From Macrostomum hystrix (taxonomy: Eukaryota > Animalia > Platyhelminthes), in assembly GCA_950097015.1 (NCBI GenBank), contig CATNEN010000034.1, positions 4,340,001-4,404,000 of the forward strand: a stretch of DNA of 64,000 nucleotides, in the 5' to 3' direction. Position 1 is the stretch's first letter, and every line of letters starts with the position of its first letter. The notes beneath the pieces were generated by a model. It had not been told where the DNA came from. It ran no database searches and worked only from the letters and a program-made list of their open reading frames with translations. The position numbers and the translations under genes are program-made. Below are positions 35,790 through 47,707 of this stretch, one piece after another.

Positions 35790-37907
35790 TCAAGCTGTGT
35801 ATATGTACTTTTCCCAATCCGGATCAGTCTCAACAGACTGCTCAACCTCACTGTCAGTGTAGAGCAGCAGTCGGCAATCGCCGCTGACCCGATTGTACAG
35901 GAAGCTGGCGACGTAGGTGGCGTCGGCACTCGCCGCAGCCGAAGCTCGCAGGGCACAAACCTGAGCTGAATGCCGCACGGAGCCACCTGTGCCGATAATC
36001 AGCTGCTGGCAATAGTCAGCTGGCGAGTTGTACGGTGATCGTCGGTTGAACTGGCTGCCCTGCCAAACTGACCGACGGCGATGGCAGTTGCCGGCCGGAG
36101 ATGCGCCGGCTGAATTGCCCGATGGAATTAGCTTTGGAACAGTTAGCGGGATGGAGGCATTCTGCGTGCACTTATAGGAAACTTATCTGGATCTAGTCAT
36201 AAAGATAAGATTGATCTAGATAGGATTGATCAAGATAGTATTGATCTTGATAGGATTGACTTATATAGGATTGATTTATAAAGGATTGATCAATATAGTA
36301 TTGATCAAGATAGTATTCATCTATATAGATAGGATAGGATTGATCTTAATATGATTGATCTTAATAGGATTGATCTAGATAGGATTGATCTAGATAGGAT
36401 TGATCTTGATAGGATTGACCTAGATAGGATTGATCGTGATAGGATTGATCTATATAGGATTGACCTAGATAGGATTGACCTAGATAGGATTGATAGTACT
36501 GACAAATATAGGACTTATCTAGAATAAATATTGGTCTATTATGCGCACGTCTGCCACAATTAGCATATCTAATTACTATTAGTTTTTAGTACTAGTAAAT
36601 TTTCACTGAGTAATGAAATCATCAAGGTCACGCTGTCAAAGCGTGTTCATTCCTCCTTAAAAGGATTCTAACAGTCAAAGAGAGGGTCGGGAAATTCCGA
36701 TCTGAATTATTTATTGCCTAGAATTATTTCTGCAATGCCAGTGAGTGTGAGCTGCTGATTCGCAAATTGAGTGGGTGGCGGGACAAGCCTGCAGTGCCAA
36801 TGCTTACAACTATTTGCCAGCTAGTCACCAGTATATTGTACTCAATATGCACAACTGGCACACCCAGAACCCACCCAGAATACTAAGATACTCACCTAGC
36901 ACACACAGAAACCAATTTGTAAACCCAAGATCTACCTGGCCCACCCGGAACCCACCTGGAACCCTCCTGGAACCCACCTGGAACCCTCCTGGAACCCACC
37001 TGGAACCCTCCTGGAACCCACCTGGAACCCTCCTGGAACCCACCTGGAACCCACCTGGCACACCCGGAACCCACCTGGCACACCCGGAACCTACCTGGTA
37101 TACTCGGAACCCAACTGATATACTCGGAACCCACCTGGCACACCCGGAACCCACCTGGTATACTCGGAACCCACCTGGCACACCCGGAACCTACCTGGTA
37201 TACTCGGAACCCAACTGATATACTCGGAACCCACCTGGCACACCCGGAACCCACCTGGTATACTCGGAACCCACCTGGCACACCTGGAACCTACCTAGCA
37301 TACCCAGCATACCCAGAACCCACCTAATACACTAAAATACTAACCTAGCTCACCCAAAACAAACATGGACAAACACACAAAACCAACTTTGAACACTTAA
37401 GATCTAAGTGGGACACTTTAAACACACTAGCCCACATGGAACCCACCTGGCACACCCGGAACCCACCTGGCACACAATCCCGGCCAGCTCCGTGCAGCCG
37501 ACATCGTCTAGGCCGAAGCTCTCCTTGACCAGCAGGCAGTCCTGATTGCCACCCAGATTATTTGGCCGGCCGCTGCGCCAGACGGTGTCGGCGACAATCA
37601 TAGCGCCGCGGCCGTTGACCAGTCGCCAGCCGGTGCGGCTGTTGTCGCGCTCGTCGGCCAGATCAGCAGCGCCGATCCACAGTCGGGCAGAATAGCCAGC
37701 CAGGGCGGTGATGGCGCCAGAGTGGGTGACGAGCTCGGCTGCCATCAGGCCGCACAGCCGATTTGCTTCACACCACGTGACCTGCGGCTCGGCGCGAATC
37801 AGCGTGCAGACGTCGGGCGACAATCCGGTGCTGAATCCGGACGGGCAGTCCAAGGCTGACGCTGAACAAGCCAGAAAGCAGAGCCAGAAAACTTGCAGAT
37901 TTGCCAT
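35790..37907 (-). CDS. Secreted C-type lectin domain protein with a probable C-terminal PAN/apple-like domain, about 260 aa, 2 exons
   Basis: Exon 37907-37467: signal peptide, TWCEANRLC, WIG, WRSGRPNN..NQDC. Donor CAG|GTGGGT joins in phase 0 to exon 36131-35790 (CTAAC branch, AAG acceptor), encoding ...QVCALRAS...SFLYNRVSGDCRLLLY. The CTL call is firm; the exon 2 linkage is inferred. Confidence 0.75.
36200..36505. repeat. 15-bp minisatellite GGATTGATCTAGATA in lectin intron
   Basis: About 20 copies. Confidence 0.9.
36860..37335. repeat. 20-bp CCCACCTGGCACACCCGGAA-family array in lectin intron
   Basis: The unit matches the lectin exon1/intron junction and is related to the 30425-35190 array. 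Confidence 0.88.
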
Positions 37908-38224
37908 TCAAAGCTCATTGCACTCTACTCTTTACTATTTGAAAATTATCCGTTTTACTCATTAAAACAGAAAATGGAAACGTATCCTTTTGAATGGCTG
38001 TGAAATCATTGGCTGATTTCATGTATCCTCCTTTGTCCGCTGGAAAATAATGAAATATTGTCTTACTATACTACTTCCTTATTAGACAGCATTGAGTAGT
38101 ATGTTCAATTCTGACACACTCCTAAAATAAAAATAAAACAATCAGAAAATATTTTTTGAGTTTTATACTCGTACCTTACTTTAAAGAAAACACATAAAAA
38201 ACACATCTCACACATTAGTAACAG

Positions 38225-38490
38225 CCAAATTTGTAACAAATCTGACACATTTGTAACTAACCTGACACATTTTTACATAGTCTGACACATTTGTGACTAA
38301 CCTGACACATTTGTAACTAATCTGACACATTTGTAACTAACCTGACTAATTTGTAACTAACCTGGCACAATTTTACCTAACCTGACACAATTTTACCTAG
38401 TCTGACACAATTTTACCTTGTCTGACACATTTGTAACTAACCTGACACATTTGTAACTAACCTGACACATTTGTAACGAACCTGACACAT
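38225..38490. repeat. 20-bp minisatellite AACCTGACACATTTGTAACT
   Basis: About 13 copies. Confidence 0.9.
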
Positions 38491-38929
38491 TCAGGAGTGT
38501 GGGACAGGAGAGTCAGTGTTCTCAGCTCCTATCTTGTTAGCATGAGAGGACAAAAATCCATCATTCCTAGTAGTCCCAGTAGGGAAGTCCAATTTCCGAG
38601 TCGTTTTTTCGACACGGCGAGTCAAAGGAGCGCCTAGAAACTTACTCAAAAAATTCTGACGAGTAATTAACTGGCGAAGCGCCTTCTCGTGAGCTCGATG
38701 GGGCTAAACTTGAGAACTCATTTCCTCTCCTTCAGGGCAAGACAAAAATAGGAATCAGATTAGTGCATTGCTCAAAATCTTTCAAATCAACGGATTTGAG
38801 TTTGTCATCGGGTGATGAGGAAACGGTGAAAACTGGTAATTACCTGACCAGACTGGAAGAATTCATTTCAGTTACTCGAAAACCATAGTGCAGAGGAGGT
38901 ACAAGCTAATTGCAATAAGCTTAAGTGGG

Positions 38930-39912
38930 AGAGGGAAGCAGTAGAGGGAGAGGGAGAGGGAGAGGGAGAAGGAGAAGAAAAGGGAGAGGGAGAAGCAGAG
39001 GGAGAGGGAGAGGGGGAGGGAGAGGGAGAAGCAGAGGGTATAGAGGGAGAAGCAGAGGGTATAGAGGGAGAAGCAGAGGGTATAGAGGGAGAAGCAGAGG
39101 GTATAGAGGGAGAAGCAGAGGGTATAGAGGGAGAAGCAGAGGGTATAGAGGGAGAAGCAGAGGGTATAGAGGGAGAAGCAGAGGGTATAGAGGGAGAAGC
39201 AGAGGGTATAGAGGGAGAAGCAGAGGGTATAGAGGGAGAAGCAGAGGGTATAGAGGGAGAAGCAGAGGGAGATGGAGATGGAGAGGGAGAGGGAGAAGGA
39301 GAGGGAGAGGGAGAGGAAGAGGGAGAAGAAGAGGGAGAAGAAGAGGGAGAAGAAGAGGGAGAAGAAGAGGGAGAAGAAGAGGGAGAGGGAGAGTGAGGAG
39401 AGGGAGAAGCAGAGGGAGATGGAGATGGAGATGGAGAGGGAGAAGGAGAGGGAGAGTGAGAGAGAGGGAGAAGCAGAGGGAGATGGAGATGGAGAGGGAG
39501 AAGGAGAGGGAGAGGGAGAAGAAGAGGGTAGAGGGAGAAGCAGAGGGTATAGAGGGAGAGGGAGAGTGAGAGAGAGGGAGAAGCAGAGGGAGATGGAGAT
39601 GGAGAGGGAGAAGGAGAGGGAGAGGAAGAGGGAGAGGGTAGAGGGAGAAGCAGAGGGAGATGGAGATGGAGAGGGAGAAGGAGAGGGAGAGGAAGAGGGA
39701 GAGGGTAGAGGGAGAAGCAGAGGGAGAAGAAGAGGGAGAGGGAGAGTGAGAGAGAGGGAGAAGCAGAGGGAGATGGAGAGGGAGAGGGAGAAGGAGAGGG
39801 AGAGGAAGAGGGAGAGGGTAGAGGGAGAAGCAGAGGGAGAGGGAGAGGGTAGAGGGAGAAGCAGAGGGAGAGTGAGAGGGTAGAGGGAGAAGCAGAGGGA
39901 GAGGGAGAGGGA
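38930..39912. repeat. Purine-rich (GA) array including 21-bp GAGGGAGAAGCAGAGGGTATA units
   Basis: About 1 kb of almost pure polypurine strand. Confidence 0.93.
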
Positions 39913-40638
39913 TAAACATTTTCTGCTGCTACCTAAATTGCTAAAGAAACATAGTCTGTAAGTGTAAGTTTTCTGCCCAATGTAGGGTGCGAAGCAGTAT
40001 GTTTTGTTGTCTGGATGCGACACTGATAGTATCTGGAGGTCAATTTTCGCTCCAAGTTAAACTATTAGCTTACGCTTCCAGGCGCCAGACCCACTTCACA
40101 ATATGGTCAAGTTCTGCCACTTTCCCAGCACAAGATGGAGATGCAAATGAAGCCTGGAAAGCATTCTCGTGAGAACTGTGCTCACTCCATTGCAGAACAA
40201 TGTTCCGAGTTATTTATCTTAACAATTACACATTGAAGCAGCATCTAGCCAGGCTCACTCCTGTTTTGCTAATGATCTTGTCAACAACAATGACAAGTTA
40301 GAGTGACAGCTTGTCAGGCATTAAAGCCGACAAACAAATGGTGCCTTTAAGGAAATATAATATTTTTATCAAAGTTGGTCTGGTGCTTGAGTGTGCATAG
40401 AATATGTCAGGGATATTGTGATTAGAAGTGATTATCTTGGCAAGCATGCCTAAAACATCTGGCTTTTAGATTTCAATATGGGATTTCACAGGAGAATATG
40501 GGAAATAAAATATTTGAATTTATTGTTTCTTGTTAATGATAGATTGTCTAAGACTAACACGTGTGCAGCCCAGATATTGAACGACTACTCGAAACTCGAA
40601 TTAAAGTGGTGACGTCATCGAGTGCTCAGAGTCGCAGC

Positions 40639-41894
40639 TCACAGACCGCGCTGAATGACGGGAATGATGCCCTGCAGCAGCTTCACCCACACGGCCTTGT
40701 TGTCCAGGAAGGCCTTGCCCAGACGGCGCTCGAACACCACAGCCAGAACTGTGTTCAGGTCCTGCGGGTCATTGGGTCAGGGAGTGAGGACCGTGTGTTC
40801 AGGTCCTGCGGGTCATTGGGTCAGGGAGTGAGCACCGTGTGTTCAGATCCTGCGGGTCATTGGGTCAGGGAGTGAGCACCGTGTGTTCAGGTCCTGCGGG
40901 TCATTGGGTCAGGGAGTGAGGACCGTGTGTTCAGGTCCTGCGGGTCATTGGGTCAGGGAGTGAGGACCGTATGATCAGGTCCTGCGGGTCATTGGGTCAG
41001 GGAGTGAGAACAGTGTGTTCAGGTCCTGCGGGTCATTGGGTCAGGGAGTGAGGACCGTGTGTTCAGGTCCTGCGGGTCATTGGGTCAGGGAGTGAGCACC
41101 GTGTGTTCAGGTCCTGCGGGTCATTGGGTCAGGGAGTGAGGACCGTGTGTTCAGGTCCTGCGGGTCATTGGGTCAGGGAGTGAGCACCGTGTGTTCAGGT
41201 CCTGCGGGTCATTGGGTCAGGGAGTGAGGACCGTGTGTTCAGGCACAAGCCGCATACTTCAAAGTGCTGCACAGTCACATTGCGACCCTTGTGGGAGCTT
41301 CCAATGAGCTCCAGCGAGCTGGCGCACACCTCCATGTCGTCCAGGCTCTGGATGGCTCCGTCCAGGGTGTTGACCACGCGGAGGGCGTGAGCCTGCATTC
41401 TCGGCATCTTCTCCAGCTCGGCGCGGCTTTTTCCTTTGAAGTCGCGAAACAGGTCCTGATGCTTCGGGAACATGTCGAATAGGCTGCGGGAAATCCGTCA
41501 TTCGGTTCGTACACAGACAAGTACAGCCTGCTCAGCTGTTCACAGAGTCTGTACACATCGTCCGTACACAGATTCTGTACACAGACAAGTACAGCCAGCT
41601 CAGCCGTACACAGATTCTGTACACACACAAGCACAGTCAGCTCAGCTGTACACAGAGTCTGTACACACACAAGCACAGTCAGCTCAGCTGTACACAGAGT
41701 CTGTACACACACAAGCACAGTCAGCTCAGCTGTACACAGAGTCTGTACACACACAAGCACAGTCAGCTCAGCTGTACACAGAGTCTGTAACCAGGTTCTC
41801 ACGTCAAGAAGATGTCCATTCCCAGAGCCTTCTTGTCCTTCACAGCCTGAGACCAGCCAGCCAGAATGATTTTCTTCTCAGCTGGAGTTAGCAT
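40639..41894 (-). CDS. Globin, copy 1 (146 aa, 3 exons)
   Basis: Exons 41894-41803, 41483-41258, 40761-40639, with introns at the classical B12.2 and G7.0 positions. Sequence MLTPAEKKIILAGW...LFDMFPKHQDLF(CD1)...MQAH(E7)...SSH(F8)...IQRGL. Confidence 0.95.
40751..41243. repeat. 44-bp minisatellite spanning the globin intron2/exon3 junction (11 copies)
   Basis: Unit GTGTGTTCAGGTCCTGCGGGTCATTGGGTCAGGGAGTGAGGACC; 3 copies in globin 2 (43283-43425). Confidence 0.97.
41510..41790. repeat. 42-bp minisatellite in globin 1 intron 1 (related array at 43690-44140 in globin 2)
   Basis: TACACAGAGTCTGTACACACACAAGCACAGTCAGCTCAGCTG units. Confidence 0.88.
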
Positions 41895-42244
41895 GATCAG
41901 CTCTTGGTAGAGAAAGGTCTGTATGTGAATAGCGGCTACAAAATAGTTTAGGAGTGGTTCTTAACGAATACTATTTTTCGTATTTAAATTTCAGTGCTTC
42001 TTATGACAATTTTTTGTTTATCCAGTTTGTTACATCTATTACAATTAGCGCTTTCCCATCAACTATGATTGGTTGAAATCTCACTTTTCGACAGAAAATG
42101 CAACCCTATTCTACTCCTGTCAGTAGGATAATCATGAATTACTGTCGGTTTTGTTTGCAGAAAAGTTTTAACATGAGCGTGCATTATGGAAACTAAACAA
42201 AGTTTACTAAGACAATAAACCTTGTCAGAGTACTTCTGTTATCG

Positions 42245-42480
42245 TTGCATTAAATACAAACACGGACCTCGCAACCAGGTGTTGTAGCCATCTACAACCC
42301 AGACTTGAAGGTCGGGGTTCGATTCACGACTCAACTGGAACTATTTTCTGTTCTATAGCAAGAGCCTTTTCTCTGCGTTGCTTCAGTTCACCCAGCTGCT
42401 AAATGGGTACCAGCATTAGCTGGGGCAAATGAGGTTGGATGTGCCGTCCGCCCAGTCCATGGACTGAACAGCCGTACGCA
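42245..42480 (+). mobile_element. Second SINE-like element (family B)
   Basis: B box GGGGTTCGATTCAC, followed by CACCCAGCTGCTAAATGGGTACC, which resembles the conserved central domains of invertebrate SINEs. Only one copy is in the window. Confidence 0.45.
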
Positions 42481-42604
42481 GCTTTCAGGTGCGCCGCGTA
42501 ATAGCTGCGGCTGTGCTGTCGGCTGCACATCTGACCCAATTGGGGCAGGTGTAAAAAATTATAATTATTACAGCATTTATTACAACTGGTAAAATTTGGT
42601 GCCA

Positions 42605-42795
42605 TTAGACCCGCAGCCAGTGGAGAGGCAGTTCTGCCCATTCCGCTGACTCCTGAGCACACACGCTCACAGATACTCAAACAGATGTGCATTATCTACC
42701 CGTACTAAGGGTTGTCCCTCAATTCGCCTTGAATTTGGCATTGCTGCGGAATCGAGCTAACGAACCTTTGGTGCGAGAGGAGAATGCATAATAAC
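42605..42795 (-). mobile_element. Degenerate, internally deleted SINE family A copy
   Basis: GCAGTTCTGCCCATTCCGCTGACTCCTGAGCACAC and GCGGAATCGAGC match the family A ends. Confidence 0.6.
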
Positions 42796-43170
42796 ACTCT
42801 CTCGTTCCTATTGACACTCGGGCTGTCATTTTGAAGGCAAGCCGCATTAATAAATAAACTCATTAATTCATTAATTATTCAAAGCTGTTCGCTTCTACTC
42901 AGGTTTGAGAATTAATAAAAATTTGCTTCGTTAATTTAGTGATGACAGAATTTGGGCAAGCAGTGATACTCGTAAGTAGCATAGAAAACAAAAATGGATT
43001 TTTAAATGATTTCGAAAAAATGTTCTTACAAATACTAAGATTTTACTGTATCTTGTTTTTTCTTATTTGCAGAGCGAAATGTGTTTGCGGTGAGCTGCAG
43101 GGTTGATGAAACTCGGTTCCGACTGGGTCGAAAAAAGGTGGTTGCGTCATCGAGTGCTCAGAGGCGCAGC

Positions 43171-44304
43171 TCACAGACCGCGCTGAATGACGGGAATGAT
43201 GCCCTGCAGCAGCTTCACCCACACGGCCTTGTTGTCCAGGAAGGCCTCGCCCAGACGGCGCTCGAACACCACAGCCAGAACTGTGTTCAGGTCCTGCGGG
43301 TCATTGGGTCAGGGAGTGAGGACCGTGTGTTCAGGTCCTGCGGGTCATTGGGTCAGGGAGTGAGCACCGTGTGTTCAGGTCCTGCTGGTCATTGGGTCAG
43401 GGAGTGAGCACCGTGTGTTCAGGCACAAGCCACATACTTCAAAGTGCTGCATAGTCACATTGCGACCCTTGTGGGAGCTTCCAATGAGCTCCAGCGAGCT
43501 GGCGCACACCTCCATGTCGTCCAGGCTCTGAATGGCTCCGTCCAGGGTGTTGACTACGCGGAGGGCGTGGGCCTGCAGCCGGGGCATCTTCTCAAGCTCG
43601 GCGCGGCTTTTTCCTTTGAAGTCGCGAAACAGGTCCTGATGTTTCGGGAACATGTCGAACAGGCTGCGGGAAATCCGTCATTCGGTTCGTACACAGACAA
43701 GTGCAGCCTGCTCAGCTGTTCACAGACAAGTACAGCCAGCTCAGCTGTACACAGAGTCTGTACACATAGTCCGTAAACAGATTCTGTACACACACAAGCA
43801 CAGTCAGCTCAGCTGTACACAGAGTCTGTACACAGACAAGCAGTCAGCTCAGCTGTACACAGAGTCTGTACGGCCAGCTGATCCGTACACAGACAAGTAC
43901 AGCCAGCTCAGCAGTACACAGAGTCTGTACGGCCAGCTGATCCGTACACAGACAAGTACAGCCAGCTCATCTGTACACAGAGTCTGTACGGCCAGCTCAG
44001 ATGTACATAGAGTCTGTACACAGACAAGTACAGCCAGCTCAACAGTACACAGAGTCTGTACACACAAGAGTACAGCCAGCTCAGCTGTACAGAGTCTGTA
44101 CACACAAGAGTACAGCCAGCTCAGCTGTACAGAGTCTGTACACATGATATCCTAAAGACAGACAGACAGTTACTATGTCAGCATTTAGAATATTTTGTCA
44201 GCAAGTTCTCACGTCAAGAATATTTCCACACCCAGAGCCTTCTTGTCCTTTACAGCCTGGTTCCATCCCGCTAAAATGATCAGCTTCTCCTGGTCGGTCA
44301 GCAT
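43171..44304 (-). CDS. Globin, copy 2 (146 aa, 3 exons), tandem paralog
   Basis: Exons 44304-44213, 43663-43438, 43293-43171 have the same lengths (92/226/123) and phases as copy 1. There are 9 amino-acid differences; the CD1 Phe and the E7 and F8 His are intact. Confidence 0.95.
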
Positions 44305-44779
44305 GGCTTCTTCAGAATGTTTTTTGTATTACAAATTATTTTTTAGAAAACACAATAATCATTAAGCAGTGGTGGTCACTTTTATGTAAAAGCGACGATA
44401 TTAATTGTAGCTGCTCTACCATTGCTCTGAGTGTTACTGCAGTAAACAACCCAATATGACACAAGTCTACCTCTATTGGCCATCGCAATCAAAGTTCACA
44501 GCGGCAAAATTTGACTGAAAAAGCTTTTCTTAAGCAAAACACTTACAGAGACAAAAGATGATAAACAAGTCACCAGTTCAGAGCCCTAGTTATTTGTGAA
44601 GGTCAGGTTGCAATTTTTAGGTTAGCTTATGAGGTGAAAATTTTTATTTCTTGTCTCAAGCAAACAACTTACGCTCGTAATGGTTTGTAACATAGAACAA
44701 ACAGGAATTAGTCTGACGATAAGAGAAAATTGAATAGACAGGTAATGAGTGTGTTTTGCGTGTTTCCGAATTGTCAACA

Positions 44780-45050
44780 TCGTCTATTTCACTGACTCCT
44801 GAGCACATATGCACACAGATACTGTACGCAGGCACACACACACAGGTGTGTACATCTGCCCTGACTTTCACATCGTCAGGCAGTGTACACTCCCACTGGG
44901 CCTTGGAGGTTAGCACTCGAAGGCGTTAATTGCACGACAAGCACCCAAGCCTTCTCTCCGCGGCTGCGGCCCAAATGAATGTGGCCTCGCCGCGGAATCG
45001 AGCTCACGACCTTGGTACGAGAGACGAACCTGTTAACCGCTCTGCTACTT
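44780..45050 (-). mobile_element. SINE family A copy
   Basis: The reverse complement starts TAGCAGAGCGGTTAAC (A-box consensus TRGCNNAGYGG) ...CTCGATTCCGCGGCGAGGCCACATTCATTTG, followed by the full body. Confidence 0.8.
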
Positions 45051-45054
45051 ATTA

Positions 45055-45400
45055 ACAGACTGTCTACCTGAAAGACACAGACTGTCTGCCTGAAAGACAC
45101 AGACTGTCTGCCTGAAAGACAGACTGTCTGCCTGAAGACAGACTGTCTACCTGAAAGACACAGACTGCCTAACTGAAAGACAGACTGTCTACCTGAAAGA
45201 CACAGACTGTCTACCTGAAAGACACAGACTGTCTACCTGAAAGACACAGACTGTCTACCTGAAAGACACAGACTGTCTACCTGAAAGACACAGACTGTCT
45301 GCCTGAAAGACAAAGACTGTCTACCTGAAAGACAAAGACTGTCTACCTGAAAGACACAGACTGTCTACCTGAAAGACACGGACTGTCTACTACCTGAAAG
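45055..45400. repeat. 22-bp minisatellite ACAGACTGTCTACCTGAAAGAC
   Basis: About 15 copies abutting the SINE head. Confidence 0.92.
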
Positions 45401-46224
45401 GCCTTCATGAAGTCATGTCCTGTCATGCTATGTCATGTAATGTCCCAATCTAGTTAATCGCAGCTACTTAAAATGCTATCCTTTTCCATGCTGTTTCGCC
45501 TTTCGGCATTGAGGAGTAGATTAAAATTTTTGTTGCAGGTTCATTTTTCCGAGTCAAGTTCATAAATGCATAACTGAATAGAATTTTTCGCATATAATAA
45601 TATCAGTAGGCTGTGATGCGAATATTTTTAAATGCAAGCGACATCAAAAATGAAAAAAAACATCAAACAAAGAATTCTTTTGCTCATTTTGGTTTTTTTA
45701 TATTCTGAAAGAAATTTATTTTCTCGTTTTTTTCCTGTAGCGATAAGTGCAAGAGGTATACGCTTATGATATCAATTATGTCATTCCATTTTTGTTGCTA
45801 GGCACTAAAGTAGATTACTGTAGAAGTCTAATAGAGAAATGCAAAATAATATAGCGCTATTTTTTTGTTCCACAATGTGACCTACTATTAATTGATCCTC
45901 GAAGGATGCTATATAGGAAACTAAAGACACAAGCTTTATGTTTAGTGTTTCTATTTGACACTCTACACTCTACAACATCAAAAGAAAATACACCAACAGA
46001 ATTAGCAATAGAATAACAAATGCTTGTGCGAGATGAAAAAGATGTGTGTTTTCCTAAGAAGAAAACAAAAGACAACAGAAAAAATTTTTTAGTTCAACAA
46101 GCCGAAATTTTAACTAAAATAATATGCGAAACAATAACTGTTTCAATTACTATCAAGCAGTGAGAGTTGAAACAAATAGAAACAGCCAAAGTGAAAGTTC
46201 AAGCTAATGGAGAATCCCACTTGA

Positions 46225-46985
46225 GACTTCAAGCTACTGGGAAATCTCAAGAGCGACTTCAGCTACTGGGGAATCCCGAGAGAGACTTCAAGCTAATGGG
46301 GAATTTTAAGAGAGACTTCAAGCTACCGGGGAATCCCAAGAGAGACTTCAAGCTATCGGGGAAACCCGAGAGTTATTTCAAGCTACTGGGAATCTCCAAG
46401 AGAGACTTCAAGCTACTGGGAATCCCCAAGAGAGATTTAAAGCTACCGGGGAATCCCGAGAGTTATTTCAAGCTACTGGGAATCCCCAAGAGAGATTTAA
46501 AGCTACTGGGGAATCCTAAGAGTTATTTCAAGCTACTGGGAATCCCCAAGAGAGATTTAAAGCTACTGGGAATCCCCAAGAGAGATTTAAAGCTACTGGG
46601 GAATCCTAAGAGTTATTTCAAGCTACTGGGAATCCCAAGAGAGATTTAAAGTTACTGGGGAATCCCAAGAGTTATTTCAAGCTACTGGGAATCCCCAAGA
46701 GAGATTTAAAACTACTGGGGAATCCTAAGAGTTATTTCAAGCTACTGGAAATCCCCAAGAGAGATTTAAAGCTACTGGGGAATCCCAAGAGTTATTTCAA
46801 GCTACTGGGAATCCCCAAGAGAGATTTAAAGCTACTGGGGAATCTCAAGAGTTATTTCAAGCTACTGGGAATCCCCAAGAGAGATTTAAAGCTACTGGGG
46901 AATCCCAAGAGTTATTTCAAGCTACTGGGAATCCCCAAGAGAGATTTAAAGCTACTGGGGAATCTCAAGAGAAAATTCAAGCTAT
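46225..46985. repeat. About 30-bp minisatellite TTCAAGCTACTGGGGAATCCCAAGAGAGAC, becoming an approximately 59-bp dimer
   Basis: About 25 monomers. Confidence 0.92.
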
Positions 46986-47707
46986 TGTTTTTCGAAAAGT
47001 TTTCATAATAGCTATAAAATGTGCCAAATCTCAAAACGAATATACAGGTGATTGAAATTGGCTTGCTATACGGGCATCAAAATAGCGGACAAAAAGAGAG
47101 TTTTTAATAAACATAAAATTTGCAGGAATATTCAGTAGGACGTCAAAGCCATGCACAGATAAACGGTGGGAGTAACTATAGTCGCTACTACCATAGATAG
47201 CCAGGCACTCTTTGCTCAGGGGATACCTTCGGACTGAGTCGTACACTTTTTGCAACCTTGGTAACGAGGATGCTTTGAAATGATCATCTGTCACTGAAAT
47301 TTATTCATCAATAAAAGTACAAGGTGGTATTTCATCCACAGTTTTCTTTTTTTTCTGTATCCCAGAGCAATTTTACATGTTCTTGTCACCGGGGTCTTCG
47401 ACAAGAATCGCTGAATGTATCAACGATGCTGAGGTCGGACGGCTTTGAAAGTAAGTTAATCTTGAAGGGTGGAAAATTTTACCCATATGGTAATTTGTCA
47501 TTCGGTTTGGGAGCTATCGCGAAGTAGTCAGTGGGTATTTGAAATAACCCCGTAGTCTCTCACATGTAAATAGCGAGAAGCTAAACATCTAACCCGGCCC
47601 GTCAGGTTCCTCAGGGCTACGAGAAAAGCCAGTTTTTTCCCAAGCAAAGGGCTACAGACCTCCCTGCCTCAGGGATTAGCGGAAAGTCAAATCCCAAGCT
47701 GCGGGGC

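Noticed and set aside
38872-40023. Low-complexity S/P/L and E/R/G ORFs
   Set aside because: They come from a polypurine repeat.
47031-47294. Possible extra exon or gene downstream of CHEK2 (TDDHFKASSLPRLQKVY...)
   Set aside because: An acceptor precedes it, but no family motif is recognisable and no partner exons were found.
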